Origin: Mustelus asterias
Taxonomy: Eukaryota
Reading direction: 5' to 3'
Assembly: GCF_964213995.1 (NCBI RefSeq)
Contig: NC_135814.1
Span: 57,288,001-57,352,000, forward strand
DNA: 64,000 nucleotides
Below are positions 39,425-52,787 of the stretch, piece after piece. Every line of letters starts with the position of its first letter. Positions within the stretch are counted from its first letter, which is position 1. The notes below the pieces were generated by a model. That model worked only from the letters and a program-made list of their open reading frames with translations. It had not been told where the DNA came from and ran no database searches. A program made the position numbers and the translations under genes.

Positions 39425-41502
39425 TCCCAATCCCAGAGCTCCCTCGATCATTATGCTGAGATACTAATTTCATATTGTAATCCATGAGCCAGAGGAGACA
39501 GTCTCAGGCTTTATAGCAAGGCTGAGGGGACTGGCAGAACACTGTCAATTTGGTCCAGCATTAACCAAAATATTAAGGGACAGAATGGTCTGTGGTATGA
39601 ACAGCTTAATAATACAGAAATGGTTACTGGCAGAGTCCAAAATCACCTTGGAAAAGCTATGGAGCTGGCCCAAGCAACTGAATGAACAAAGCAGGGTGTA
39701 ACAGAGTTGTAAGGTTTGCAAGGTGTGCCAGATGAGGTAAATTGTTTATGGTGGGAAACGGTTGTCATGCAAAATAGCCCAGCGGTGGGCGTAACACTGC
39801 CCAATAGAAGATGTGCAACAGTGAGGGCTGAAGAGTGTTTTTAATGTGGGGAGAACACTCCCACGATGCAAGAACTATGTGTGCTTCAAGTGTAACAAGA
39901 AAGGTCACTTAAAGGTGTGGTGTAGAGCAAAGCAATCAGTACAATCAGCACAAAAAAAGACAGCGACTATTAGCTTAACTCCCTTAAACAATTTGGATGA
40001 GGAGCCCAGTAAGAGATATGAGTCATTCACCCCAAACCAGCCCCAGCTAAACAAAGTGTCCCCAGTACAGATAACTTTGCTGGTAAATGGAAAAACATCG
40101 TTTATTCTTCACTCAAAATGGAGGTCGATACAGGGGCATTTGGCCACAGTCATAGAGGAGCAGGCATTTTGTTATTTTCCGAAAGGACTCCAAAGATGTG
40201 CAGGTTAGATGGATTGGCCATGCTAAATTGACCCGAGTGTCAGGGGGATTATATGTGGGGATACGGGAATAACCGTGGGATTGCGGTCAGTGCAGACTTG
40301 ATGGGCCGAATGGCCTCCTTCTGCACTGTAGGGATTCTATGACTCAACTATTAAGACTAAGTGAGCCAGGTGCCATTTGTTCACATATACCGGAGAGACA
40401 TTGCAGGCTTCAGGTGCAGTAACAGTAACCGTGGCAAATCAGAACCAGACAGTGAAGCTGCGCTCTTGGTAGTCAAGGGTCACAGACCTTCTTTAATGGG
40501 ATGTCGGTTACAAACAAGATCAGACATGAAATTCCCAAATTTGGCAGGGAGGGTGGAGGCTAGGCAAGTCTCCCAGAATTCAGGAAGGAAAAACAGAGGG
40601 CAGGATTTTCCGGCCGTGCTCGCCCCAAAACCGGAAAATCCCACCCACACGATTCCCATAGCGGGCTGGAGAGGAAAACTCCCCCCAGAGTGTTTAAAGT
40701 GGAGGATGCCATTAAAGTGGATGGTTAGAAGTTTTGCAGCAGGACCGGCATGGGTGGCTGGTAAAATAGTGGAGAGAACAGGACTGGTCTCCTACATCGT
40801 GGAGGTACAAGGCTGCAGGCTTAGGAAACACATGGACTACCTGAGGAGGAAAGCAGTAACAGACATAGGGATCCACAGGCAACCCCTGCAGATAGTTCGA
40901 GGATGCCAGGACCACCTACTGGAATTTTGGTGGAGAATGTGGGATCAGAGCAACCCGCGGGTGAGGAGACAGTGGAGCCTGAAGCTTCCGAAGAGCCATT
41001 GGATCCAGGATTAATGAGCCCGACTTTCTTGTCTATCCCGCCTGGCCCTTTAAACACAGGCGAGCCTGACACTGAACTGAAGTGCTCTAACCGAGCCAGG
41101 AAATCTCCAGACTGTTTGAACCTTTGATGAGTTTTCCGGTGGTTCTTCCCTTTTTATATAAGAGCCTGTTGTGTGCCTTACTAACCCTGCTCTTTGTTTC
41201 ATCTTTGGAGCGTTTTGGCTTTTATGGAGAAGGAGTGTAATAGCGTGGCCCTTTAAGAGGGGGCATTTCTTGAGGGCCACATGATGGCTGAGGATCTATG
41301 GATCGTCCCTACGGGAAGCTGATCCAATCGGCAGGAGTGTGCGTACCACAGGTCGAGGAGGGACTTTCAGTTGGAGCCAGGGAATTGAGCAGAGCAGTCG
41401 CATTTATAATCTAGTCTGACATTGTTTTATATGTATTTATTTCTTCTATTGGCGATAAAGTCTCATTATTAAAGCCAAATCGAATCGCCTCGATCTATTA
41501 CA
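39425..41502 (+). mobile_element. Gypsy element 4: 5'-truncated gag, protease, integrase tail and 3' LTR
   Basis: LRGLAEHCQFG..LRDRMVCG, CFKCNKKGHLKVWC, EVDTG, WVAGKIVERTG. PPT GGAGAAGGAG. LTR 41236-41502 with TGTAATAG/CTATTACA ends. HE1 tail at ~40185-40345. Confidence 0.85.
40598..40686. mobile_element. Harbinger-type MITE
   Basis: GGGCAGGATTTTCC ... GGAAAACTCCCCCC with 3-bp TSD AGA. Confidence 0.8.
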
Positions 41503-42226
41503 GTCAGTCTGGCTGAGACACATCTGTCCAGTGGAATAGATGTCCATGGTTATTGTCCAGGTACCTGAACAGCTGTCTGCTGGTGATGGTGACTGGCTGG
41601 CAGCATGTGATAAAGACATTGTTAAAATCACCTTGGCACGTGGTGGTGATGGTGGACATCATGATATCAGTTCACTGAGCACAATTGTACACTGGCGTGA
41701 GAGGGAGTGCAAGGATGGGCTTGTATCATATGGGCAGTGCAAGCATGGTTAAGGCAATGGCATGCATCAGAGCATGCTTTCACTATAAGAAGGGCTATAC
41801 CTAAATAACCCCTTTTGTGTCTCAGACAGGACCCAGTGGCACTCACCACACCACTACCCCAACTCCCTCAAAGTTAGACTAGATAATTCATTGGGCTTGA
41901 AGAAGAGGAAGAATTAGTGTCACATCTGACCAGCCCACTCGCTGTGTGTGTGTAGAGTCAGTAACACAGAAGGAGGTATCAGCATCAGAGACATCTGTGC
42001 ACAGTCCCCCTCCTATGGGCAGGATCATGAAGCCTCAGGAGGCTCAGGAGTCATACATTGGGGCACAGTATTTAGATAATCAGCAGCAGGTGTGTGAACA
42101 TCTGGCAGAGTTCCCAGTTTCAGGACTGAGCGACACCTGCAATGCTACCAGAAACCTTGGCTCCCTCAGAAAACATAACCTCTACCAGCTGTTAGACAAA
42201 GGCCTCCATTGTTGTTGGGAAACTAT

Positions 42227-42354
42227 GGGCGGCATTTTGCAGCCGTGCTCGTCCCAAGACTGGAAAATCCCGTCTGAGGTCAACGGACCTGTGCATGTTC
42301 CGTCCCCCCACCCACTATGGTTCCCGTGGCAGGTGGGACAGGAAAATCCCCCCC
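42227..42354. mobile_element. Harbinger-type MITE
   Basis: GGGCGGCATTTTGC ... GGAAAATCCCCCCC. Internal GAGGTCAACGGACC matches the other copies. Confidence 0.75.
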
Positions 42355-43364
42355 TTTGTCTTTGTTATGTCATGACAGTGTGTAACTGTGAGGGACCTGG
42401 TCAAGGGTTAACAGTATGGGTGCATCCTGATAGATGGATGGCAAGAGGCTAAGTGGCTGGCATAGTGAACATGTCACTGTTCATCATTCTTCCATCCACT
42501 GAGTCTTGGCAGGTAACATGACTGCATAATATCTCTGCCAGGTAGTGGTATCAAGACGTGCCATCTCCATAGTTGTGTCTTGCTTTCTGTGGTTCAGTAG
42601 AGTACACTCTCATTACACAAAAACAATGACAATTGTCCCATAGGAAAAGCCCATGATGGGCCATCCATTCCGAGGTCATCGAACAGTTAGACAATGTTTA
42701 CAGCTTTGACACTCCCCTGACGAGGCAATGATGTCTCCTTCAAGGGCACAGTGACCAACCTCTCAAATGGGCCTTTCTGAGCGCCTACTTTTTATCTGTG
42801 CCCAAGTTGCCCACGTTGGGCCCGCCCTAACCCCTCACTGCTTCCGGGGTGGCTCACCCCAAATGCTACTCTATCCCACTCCCTGAAACGAAAATTGCCA
42901 TTTTTAGGTTGGGTTTGTGGAACGAGGAATTCTCCCATCTCTGTGCACCCAGCCCAAGAGCAAAAATCTGGGCCTTGGTTTCTCTCCACAGATGCTGCAT
43001 GAATGCTAAGTTTTTTTTAGCACTTTTTGTTTTTATATCAGATTTCCAGCATCCACAGTGTTTTTTGCTTTTGTACCATTAAAAATCAGTGACGCGGATT
43101 ATTATGCTGCATTATGAAGACTGACTGTATCCTACGGCACTCCAAAATGCTGATGATGAAACTGGAGTTTGGCTTTTGGGCCTCTCCGTTCTATGCTGTT
43201 GAATCAGGCCTACTTTGGGCATTAACAAAATGAGGTCCCAGTGTGTTTCAATTCTGGATGTTTAGCTTTGCAGTTAGCAAATATTAATTGACACTGTCAC
43301 AATAATGGAGAATATGGTCGATATGGTACCAAACTAGTGCAGGAGCAAGTATAACTCTTGTGGC

Positions 43365-43820
43365 TGAGGGGTTTGTTGAATGAAGAGAGATTGAACAGTT
43401 TAGGCCTATACTCTCTGGAATTTAGAAGAATGAGGGAGATCAAATTGAGGTATACAAGATGGCAAGAGGTATGGATAAAGTAGACGTGGAGCGGATACTT
43501 CCCCTTATGGGGCATTCTAGGACGAGAGATCATAGTCTTAGGATAAGGGGTAGCAAATTGTAAACAGAGTTGAGGAGAAACTACTTCTCCCAAAGGTTTG
43601 TGAATCAGTGGAATTCGCTACCCCAAAGTGTGGTGGATGCTGGGACAGTGAGTAAATTTAAGGAAGTGTTAGACAGATTTTTAATTGGTAATGGGTTGAA
43701 GGGTTATGGGGAGAAGGCAGGAAAATGGGGACGAGGAGCATACCAGCCATGATCGAATGGCGGAGTGGACTCGATGGGCCGAATGGCATAATTCTGCTCC
43801 TATATCTTATGAATTTATGA
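43365..43820 (+). mobile_element. CR1 LINE 3' fragment
   Basis: LGLYSLEFRRMR..; RRNYFSQRFVNQWNSLP; CR1 3' UTR. Confidence 0.88.
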
Positions 43821-46800
43821 ACTACAATGCTGGATGAACTCCACATGCTCCTGATGGAACTGTCCTACCACTGAGTACAAAAATTACCACAGTATCATAA
43901 TGTTTTGAGAATTACCTGTTGCTAATAAATTAACTTAAAGTTTCGTAAGATCAGAACAGTTTATATCATCTTTTGAACAGAACCTAAACTTGAAAACTCA
44001 GACTCCTGCTCCAGGAAGTTACTGAGATATAAGTGTAAAGGATGTTCTTGTGATTCAATCATATGAGTGTGGATGAGAGTGTGTTAGCTATATGACAACA
44101 TGTGGTGCTAGCTCCCTGCATATAGAATCATAGAATCATACAGTGCAGCCCATCGAATCCAAACCGACATGTGTGGTTGATTGATAGCTGAATCAAAAAT
44201 AACAAAGATGGTAGTAATATCGTTCAATGATTAAACACGTTGTTTGGGTTGAGTTTGTAAAAGGAAAGATTTAATAGTAAAGTGCAGTGAAGAGCAACAT
44301 TAAATGATCATCAAAAATATCAAAAAACACCAAAATAAGCTCTTACCAAGAATACACATTAAACAAAATATTCACCTCTGAATATTGCCTCAGAATAGAA
44401 TAAAGAATTCTTGAACATTTTCATTGTCAGCCACCTAGAATCATAGGCATTTGCTCAAGTGGCTTTATGTTAAAGTGCAATTGGTGGAAAAATGCAACTC
44501 ACAAGCAGAGTAAACAAAACTGAAACAAATCACTCGGATTAAGACAATCAAGTGTGCTGTCCTCATCAAAAAATGTGGCTCTCTCAGAGGATTAGTGAAA
44601 AGGGATTGCAGTTAAACAAATAGCCGGGTACTCTCAGGCGAAGAGAGGGCAGTCATCTGAACATTTGTAACTGAATGGCACAATACACCTAAGGATCGTT
44701 TATTGCTTATGATGTTCACATTCCCTTTAAAATATAATGAAAATGACTTCCACTAAAGTAGATGATGTTCAGAATAAAGCAGATTGAACCATTTCCTCCA
44801 TAAATAATTCAAATTGAAAAATGTATTATGCTTTTAAAATGAAAAAAAAAACAAGGCTATGGGAAAGAACGGGGAAGTGGGACTAAAACAATGGCTCTTT
44901 CAAAGAGTTAGCGTAAGTATAATAGGCCGAATGGTCTCCTCTGAGCTGATTCTATCATTCGATTCCAGAGCTAAGAGTCGAGGCAAAAGCTTTTTGGAAA
45001 ATAAAGCAATTGAATTTAACTAATTAGGCAAAAGTATATTATTGACAGAATTACTTTGCAATTTTGATTTCTGTAAGTTCAAAGAAAGGCAAGTGAAAAA
45101 TATTTTCTCTTTCCTCTCCCGCTGTAAAATAACAGCAAATACACAAGCAGTCACCTATAGTTTGTTGCATCATCTTCTGTTTATGGAATTCAGTAATAGT
45201 TCACAACCGGGATCGAAGAAATTTCAATTGGGCTCAGAGAAGGTAATGATTAATTTATTTGTTAACCAAATAAAATAATTGATTTATCTATAAAGTTATC
45301 AAAATGTTTCCATGTGTGTTTGGCATAAATGTCCAAAATCTAATTAAGATTCCCTATTCTACATTAACCAGAAGAGCAACCTTCCTTATTCTAAATCGCA
45401 CAGAATTAATTTTTGAAATATTATAAGGACTGTATTTTTTACTCCCTCTTTATTGCTTATCCATTGAAAAATCTGTGATGTAAAAATCTAATAAAAGTGC
45501 GTCCAAAATTTGCAATATTAGTTAAGGAGTGATTTCCCCCAACTTTGTCAGCGTGACTTGTCAGCTGGTAATGAAGAGACAGTACAAATGATTGTTGGCA
45601 CTTCATGCTTAAAGCAGGAAATGTACACATGTCCTCTGGGAAGAAATTGCAGCAAGAGGCTTTTCATCTGTGTAAAGAACACTTGAGATACACTTGAGAT
45701 GCAGCCTTTTAAAAAGGATTGGGATTGTCAACATGCACTCCTTGTGAAAATCTGCTACAGGGATTAGATCGAAAAGTGATGTCACCGAGGCTCATTTGTT
45801 TTATTTTAATGGGCAGTGCTGTCCAACGGGAATAGACAGTAACAAAACCTATCCTTCCCTGTTAGACTGGTCAGGTAGAGCACTAGTCTGTGCCTTTTTA
45901 GTGATATTTAATGTAGTCCAAGTAAATGAAACCATACTCTCCTGTCTTTTAACTTAATCTTGGCTCCAACGATGGACTCCAATCCACCATGCTATTAAAG
46001 GTGTTTACCAGTAGCACATGAGCATTATTAGATTTCCAAAGATGTTTAATTTAAAATTAGTGACTTACTCTAATAGGAATTTAGAAATAAATACTGTATT
46101 AAGAATTCTAAATGCACAAAATTAAATCTAAGAATATTTTTCATTGTGGATTAATATTTAATTTTATGATATTTAGGGTTCGGAATGGGGCTGTGATTAT
46201 GGGTGTGCAGACAAAGGATTGATGAAGTTTGCATGATCATGCTCTTTTTTTCAATTCATTATTATGTTACACACCCTGATTACCACTCCTCATGATACTA
46301 TCATAACACAATCATAACAATTAAAACAATGTATACATTCTTACAATTGTACAACACAGGAGATGTACTGTTAAGTGCGTATTAGTGATTTGCCAGCACT
46401 AATAGGGGGATGGGATAAAGGATCCAGATAATCTCTTTTGTACTGCAGCTGTGTGCATTCAGACACTGAATATTTGGAAGGCTGATGATTGTTAAAATCC
46501 CAAACAAGCCAGATTATCTTTGCTTGATTTGAAAGAAATTAAGCAGCAGCTGAGACCTGTCCTGTTTGCCGTCACATTAAGGATTTAAGAGACACCAGTC
46601 AGAACATCGGTAAGAGCGATAATTATGAGCCAGCAAACACTAAACATCCCAAAGATTTATGTGTTTATGATAAACAGCAATCAACAACAGTGGATACAAT
46701 ATCAACAGTGCAATTTATGAATTCAAACAAGAATATGTTTACTGACTTGATTAGGTTTCCATTTTTTATCAAATTAAAAGATGATTTTTTTTATCCCATA

Positions 46801-48389
46801 ATGTGCAGGAGATTTAATTGCCGCAGTTTCTTATGGCACCGCACAATAAATTTCAACGGCTGCTCATTTAATATATGACTGCAATGCCTGTGGCAGTTTG
46901 AAAATGTCAGCTTATTTTTATAAATCTTAAAACCTATTAGATAAATTGCAAATAGTACAAACTGAATGAGCTAGAATTACAATAGGCATGATCCTCAGAG
47001 TTGCAGACAGTATGTATTTTAGAAATTAAACCAACAATCATTAAACAGAAGAAGAATCCTGCATTTAACTTACACACACAAATGTTATTATTCAACCAAT
47101 ATGACTGGGCAGTTCGCTTGACAAGGGAATTTCTGCCTCTTCAAAAGCTTCACAATCAGGTATCAGTGAGAGTCTTGGTCCCTAAATTTAATCCCTAAAT
47201 TTGTTATGGTTTAATCTTGAGATTCATTAGCTTCTTACTCGAGAAGAGAACCTGCTGAAGGCAATGGTCTTTAGTTGAAAACACATTTATTTATAGACTA
47301 AAGATTAACCAGGACCAAGACATAGCAAGAACTACTCTTTAAGATGCTTCACACACTCATCCTCTCTCAATGAGTGACAAGGCCTCGACACAACTTCTCA
47401 CACATATGCTTAGTAGCTACCATTAGAGTACTTTTACTCTACATCTGTCCCCAAGTTCACTCTTCCCACAAACTGCTGATCCCATGTACTATTTACACTT
47501 GCCATCTCACTCCTGCTCGCCCCTGGCCCAAGTCACTTTCGCCAAAAATGACAATCCCCAACAGTGTTTTCATACATCTAGGATGTACGTGTTCCCTTTT
47601 CATCTCCTTGGAAGGCAAACACATTGGTGGAGTGGGATAGCAACCTCTCATGACAACTGGTTCCTGGGCTCTGACAATGAACTGAATGTAAAGGCAGTGA
47701 AGACCAATCATGGAGAAACTGATTCAAGAGAGAACTGATCACAGATCATTGAAAAGGAAGACAACAAACAGAAATTCTCCTGCTCATCTTCTTCTATGTT
47801 GCACATTGGGGAAAAGTGAAAGCATTGGGTTCACAAAATGCAGCACTTTCAGCTACTATGAAGAACTTTGCAGCCGTATCATTCACAGCTGCCATGACGA
47901 GAGAAGTATGCAATATCTGAATGAAAAATGAATTTGATAGATGGAAAATAAATGAAGAACATCTTGAGGACACTGCTGGAGACTGAAAGGAGGACTTCCC
48001 TCCTACTCAGGGGGTAGGAGTTTCTCTTTCTATAGATAGTGGTATCTATACACTTGCTTCAGCGTGAGGTTGCTCTGCTGCAGACAATGAGATCTGAGTG
48101 ACCTGCAGAAAGTAGGATTGCACCATCTTCAACAGCGGAATGAACTTCAGACCTGGATCTATATGAAGTTCCTGTGCAATACTCTGGTCTGCCGACTTGC
48201 TTGAAAGTTCCACATCAGCATTGGGCAATTTTACTACAAAAGTTCTCAGTAGTAACAGGGATGACTGCTAGTGTCAGTACTTCTTCAGATAATTATTCCG
48301 TAGTCAACTCTTTCATCTGATGTTGGGTCATTTCCTTAGATGTAGTGCAGTATTGCTCTACTGCAATGTATTCACTTTCTTTTATTGCC

Positions 48390-48497
48390 ATGATGTGGAG
48401 ATGCCAGTGTTGGACTGGGGCGGGCACAGTGGGCGTTCCAAAAGCTCATGATTCCAAATAAACCTATTGGCATTTAACCTGGTGTTGTGAGACTTCT
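48390..48497. mobile_element. Mini Penelope insertion
   Basis: Inverted tail plus pLTR end, flanked by TTATTGC. Confidence 0.8.
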
Positions 48498-48655
48498 TAT
48501 TGCACCATTTCTAATCACTTCCTGTAGCTTGAGAGTGCTGTGCGACTGTTAATAACTGGATTTGTAGTTCAGCCCTCTCATTTAGGTCATTAGACTTCTT
48601 CAACTCATGCATAATTTTAATATTTCCAAGTTCCAATTAACGCAGGACTCTAAGA

Positions 48656-49210
48656 TTTTGATTTGATTTGACTTATTATTGTCACATGTACTAACATACA
48701 GTGAAAAGCATTGTTTCTTGCGCGCTATACAGACAAAACATACTGTTCATAGAGAAGGAAATGGGAGAGTGCAGAATGTAGTGTTACAGTCATAGCTAGG
48801 GTGTAGAGAAAGATCCACTTAGTGCAAGATAAGTCCATTCAAAAATCTGACAGCAGCAGGGAAGAAGCTGTTCTTGAGTCAGTTGGCACATGACCTCAGA
48901 CTTTTGTATCTTTTTCCCGAGGGAAGAAGGTGAAAGAGAGAATGTCTGAGGTGCGTGGAGTCCTTAATTATGCTGGCTGCTTTGCCAAGGGGGCCCGATC
49001 TTTTGTACTTCCTTGCGGTCTTAGGCAGAGCAGAAGCCATACCAAGCTGTGAGACCACCAGAAAGAATGCTTCCTATGGTGCATTTGTAAAAGTTGGTGA
49101 GAGTCATAGCTGACATGCCAAGTTTCCTTAGTCTTCTGAGAAAGTAGAGGCGTTGGTGGGCTTTCTTAACTATCGTCTCGGCATGGGGGTACCAGGACAG
49201 GTTGTTGTTG
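48656..49210 (-). mobile_element. Rex1/Babar-like LINE 3' fragment
   Basis: LSWYPHAETIVKKAHQRLYFLRRLRK..NFYKCTIGSIL..TAWYG and an (AAATC)n tail. Confidence 0.85.
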
Positions 49211-50924
49211 TTTTCTAATGCACTCTTCCGCTGCAGAACCTCTGCAGTCTGAGTCTCTGCTACTTGACTGAAAGAAAGCTTGAATATTTCCATGTCTTGC
49301 TGATGAGATCCAAGTGTGGGCTCTAGCTTACATTTATAAAGATTAATAACTGCTGAACTTTTGCTAATCACTTGATCCAACTTGGAGTTAGGCATCTCAT
49401 TCCCTCTGGATAACTTTTTATGGTTGATTGCAGTTGTTGCTGTATGTCGTCAGTGGGCTCAGTGGAATAAACAGACAAATTCACCTCTTTATTACCTTCT
49501 TCAACAAAATGGTAATTCTCAAAAGAGTCAGCAGAGACTTCACAGTCATTAGCAGTGGAATCCAGGACCGCTCCTTCCAACAGATCATCTGCCTCTGCGG
49601 CGACCTCATTCACTTGCATTCTTTCCTGAAAGAGCAAATTAAGGTCTGGAATATCATCTTGCAGGTGGTTAGCATCATTCTCCATGCATCATGTTCCTAT
49701 TTCTTGAAGCCTGTCCTGAAGGAGATGTGAAAGGTCAGCAATATCCTGCTGTGGTCCTTGGAGTTGAATATAGTGTTTATTTATTCAGCTATTAAACTCT
49801 GACAGATAACGTTGAAACACCAGCTCCTGCGTCTGGCTTAAATTTGATGTCCATTTACATCAATATCAGCACTCCAAAATGTTTTTTTATTTTCCTACGA
49901 AGATGATTTCCTGGTTTTCAAAGCCTTGAATTTCTTGAATGGATCAGATTTCTCCTGGTGTCTAGTAAACACGAATTTCCTGGAATGGCAGACCAGTTTA
50001 AAATGGCCAAACCTGCCACACCCAAAACAATTCGGGCAGGACATTCTTCCCTCCTGTGGACCATCTTCCCGCCACAGCGAGGACATTGGAAAATTATACC
50101 TTTTCAGGGTGCTTCCTTGGTGGCTGTCTCACCAATCTTTCAGTTTTGCCATCCACAAATTGAAAAACTTCACCGAGTTGTTCCGAGGAACTTTCCCCTG
50201 AATCTCCGACGAAAGCTTTATTCTACTTCCGCTCTTTGGTCTATTTGGCGATAGTACAGCTTTGCTTAGATTTAAATCTTCCCGCGATTATAAGAAGTCA
50301 GAGAGATTCTCATCTAAAATGCCAATGATTATTCGATCTCTGATCAGGTCATCTCTTAGCATTCCATACTCACAACATTCAGCTAGGTGGTACAATTTGT
50401 TAGTAAGTGAGCCAATTCCTTTACCCTGTTTTTGACAGTGGCAAGTAAATTTCTCCCTCTCAATGGCAATATTTTTATGAAGACAATGGGTGGAATTTTC
50501 TGATTTTCAAGATAGCTCAGGCAGAAAAAGTGGAGTTTAGCCTGCTGACTGCACTGCCGACTTTTCCCGCCAGATTTCTTTGACACTTTGAAACAAATGG
50601 GTGAAGGAACAGGTCTCATGACATGCCCCACCAGCAACTTAAACTTTTAAAAGATCGAGGCATATTTTTAAAGGGTGTCCTGATATTTAAAAATAAAAAA
50701 AAGGAACACCCCTCGGAACTCCCTCACCATGGAACTCCTGCCGAGGCCGTGCCAAGGTACTGCTCGGGCATGACCCCCTCCCCCCCCTCCCCCCCCTCCT
50801 GGGGGTGGTACTCACCTGTGTGTCTGTTCCCTCAGTTGCAAGTTGTGGCAAACCTGTTGTGATTCACATCGTAAGAGGTTTAACAACACCAGGTTAAAGT
50901 CCAACAGGTTTATTTGGTAGCAAA

Positions 50925-50966
50925 AGCCAAAAGCTTTCGGAGCCTTAAGCTCCTTCTTCAGGTGAG
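50925..50966 (-). ncRNA. Minimal hammerhead ribozyme motif
   Basis: Reverse complement CTGAAGA-AGGAGCTTAAGGCTCC-GAAAGCTT. Confidence 0.65.
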
Positions 50967-52744
50967 TGGGAATTCTGTTCACAAACAGGGCATATAAAGA
51001 CACAAACTCAATTTATAGAATAATGGTTGGAATGCGAATACTTACAGCTAATCAAGTCTTTAAGCTACAAGCAATGTGAGTGGAGAGAGCATTAAGACAG
51101 GTTAAAGAGATATGTATTGTCTTCAGACAGGACAGCCAGTGAGACTCTGCAGGTCCAGGCAAGCTGTGGGAATTACACATAGTGTGACATGAACCCAATA
51201 TCCCGGTTGAGGCTGTCCTCGTGTGTGCGGAACTTGGCTATCAGTGTCTGCTCAGCGACTCTGCGCCGTCGTGTGTCGTGAAGGCTGCCTTGGAGAACGC
51301 TTACCCGAATATCAGAGGCCGAATGCCCGTGACCACTGAAGTGCTCCCCAACAGGAAGAGAACAGTCTTGCCTGGTGATTGTCGAGCGGTGTTCATTCAT
51401 CCGTTGTCACAGCATCTGCATGGTTTCCCCAATGTACCATGCCTTGGGACATCCTTTCCTGCAGCGCATCAGGTAGACAACATTGGCTGGGTTGCAAGAG
51501 TATGTACCGTGTACCTGGTGGATGGTGCTCTCACATGAGATGAGGGCATCTGTGTCGATGATCCGGCACGTCTTGCAGAGGTTGCTGTGGCAGGGTTGTG
51601 TGGTGTCGTGGTCACTGTTCTCCTGAAGGCTGGGTAGTTTGCTGCGGACAATGGTCTGTTTGAGGTTGTGCGGTTGTTTGAAGGCAAGAAGTGGGGGTGT
51701 GGCGATGGCCTTGGCGAGATGTTCGTCTTCATCAATGACATGTTGAAGGCTCCGGAGGAGATGCCGTAGCTTCTCCGCTCCGGGGAGGTACTGGACGACG
51801 AAGGGTGCTCTGTCCACCATGTCCCGTGTTTGTCTTCTGAGGCGCGCCACAGCGAAAAACCGCACCGACCTCCTCAGAAGACAAACATGGGACACGGTGG
51901 ACAGAGTACCCTTCGTCATCCAGTACTTCCCCGGAGCGGAGAAGCTACAACATCTTCTCCGGAGCCTTCAACATGTCATTGATGAAGACGAACATCTCGC
52001 CAAGGCCATCCCCACACCTCCACTTCTTGCCTTCAAACAACTGCACAACCTCAAACAGACCATTGTCCGCAGCAAACTACCCAGCCATCAGGAGAACAGT
52101 GACCACGACACCACACAACCCTGCCACAGCAACCTCTGCAAGACATGCCGGATCATCGACACAGATGCCCTCATCTCACGTGAGAGCACCATCCACCAGG
52201 TACACGGTACAGACTCTTGCAACTCGGCCAACGTTGTCTACCTGATACGTTGCTGGAAAGGATGTCCCGAAGCATGGTACATTGGGGAAACTATGCAGAC
52301 GCTACGACAACGGATGAATGAACACTGCTCGACAATCACCAGGCAAGACTGTTTTCTTCCTGTTGGGGAGCACTTCAGCGGTCATGGGCATTCGGCCTCT
52401 GATATTCGGGTAAGCGTTCTCCAAGGCGGCCTTCATGACACACGACGGCGCAGAGTCGCTGAGCAGACACTGATAGCCAAGTTCCGCACACATGAGGACG
52501 GCCTCAACCGGGATATTGGGTTCATGTCACACTATGTGTAATCCCCACAGCTTGCCTGGACCTGCAGAGTCTCACTGGCTGTCCTGTCTGGATACAATAC
52601 ACATCTCTTTAACCTGTCTTAATGCTCTCTCCACTCACATTGTTTGTATCTTAAAGACTTGATTAGCTGTAAGTATTCGCATTCCAACCATTATTCTGTA
52701 AATTGAGTTTGTGTCTTTATATGCCCTGTTTGTGAACAGAATTC

Positions 52745-52787
52745 CCACTCACCTGAAGAAGGGGCCTGAGGCTCCGAAAGCTAGTGG
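52745..52787 (+). ncRNA. Minimal hammerhead ribozyme motif
   Basis: CTGAAGA-AGGGGCCTGAGGCTCC-GAAAGCTAGTGG. Confidence 0.72.

Larger units (their letters stand above)
47202..50383 (-). mobile_element. Gypsy element 5 (gag-protease plus non-pol internal region and 3' LTR)
   Basis: Minus-strand AECCEYGMLRDDLIRDRII, CFGCGRFGHFKLVC and FWSADIDVNGH..DAGAG. PPT-like TTGGGGACAGA, then LTR 47443-47202 (TGTA...AACA). Confidence 0.75.

Noticed and set aside
51819-52541. Standalone 240-aa GIY-YIG nuclease gene
   Set aside because: The start codon comes from the inverted arm. It is a 5'-truncated PLE ORF.
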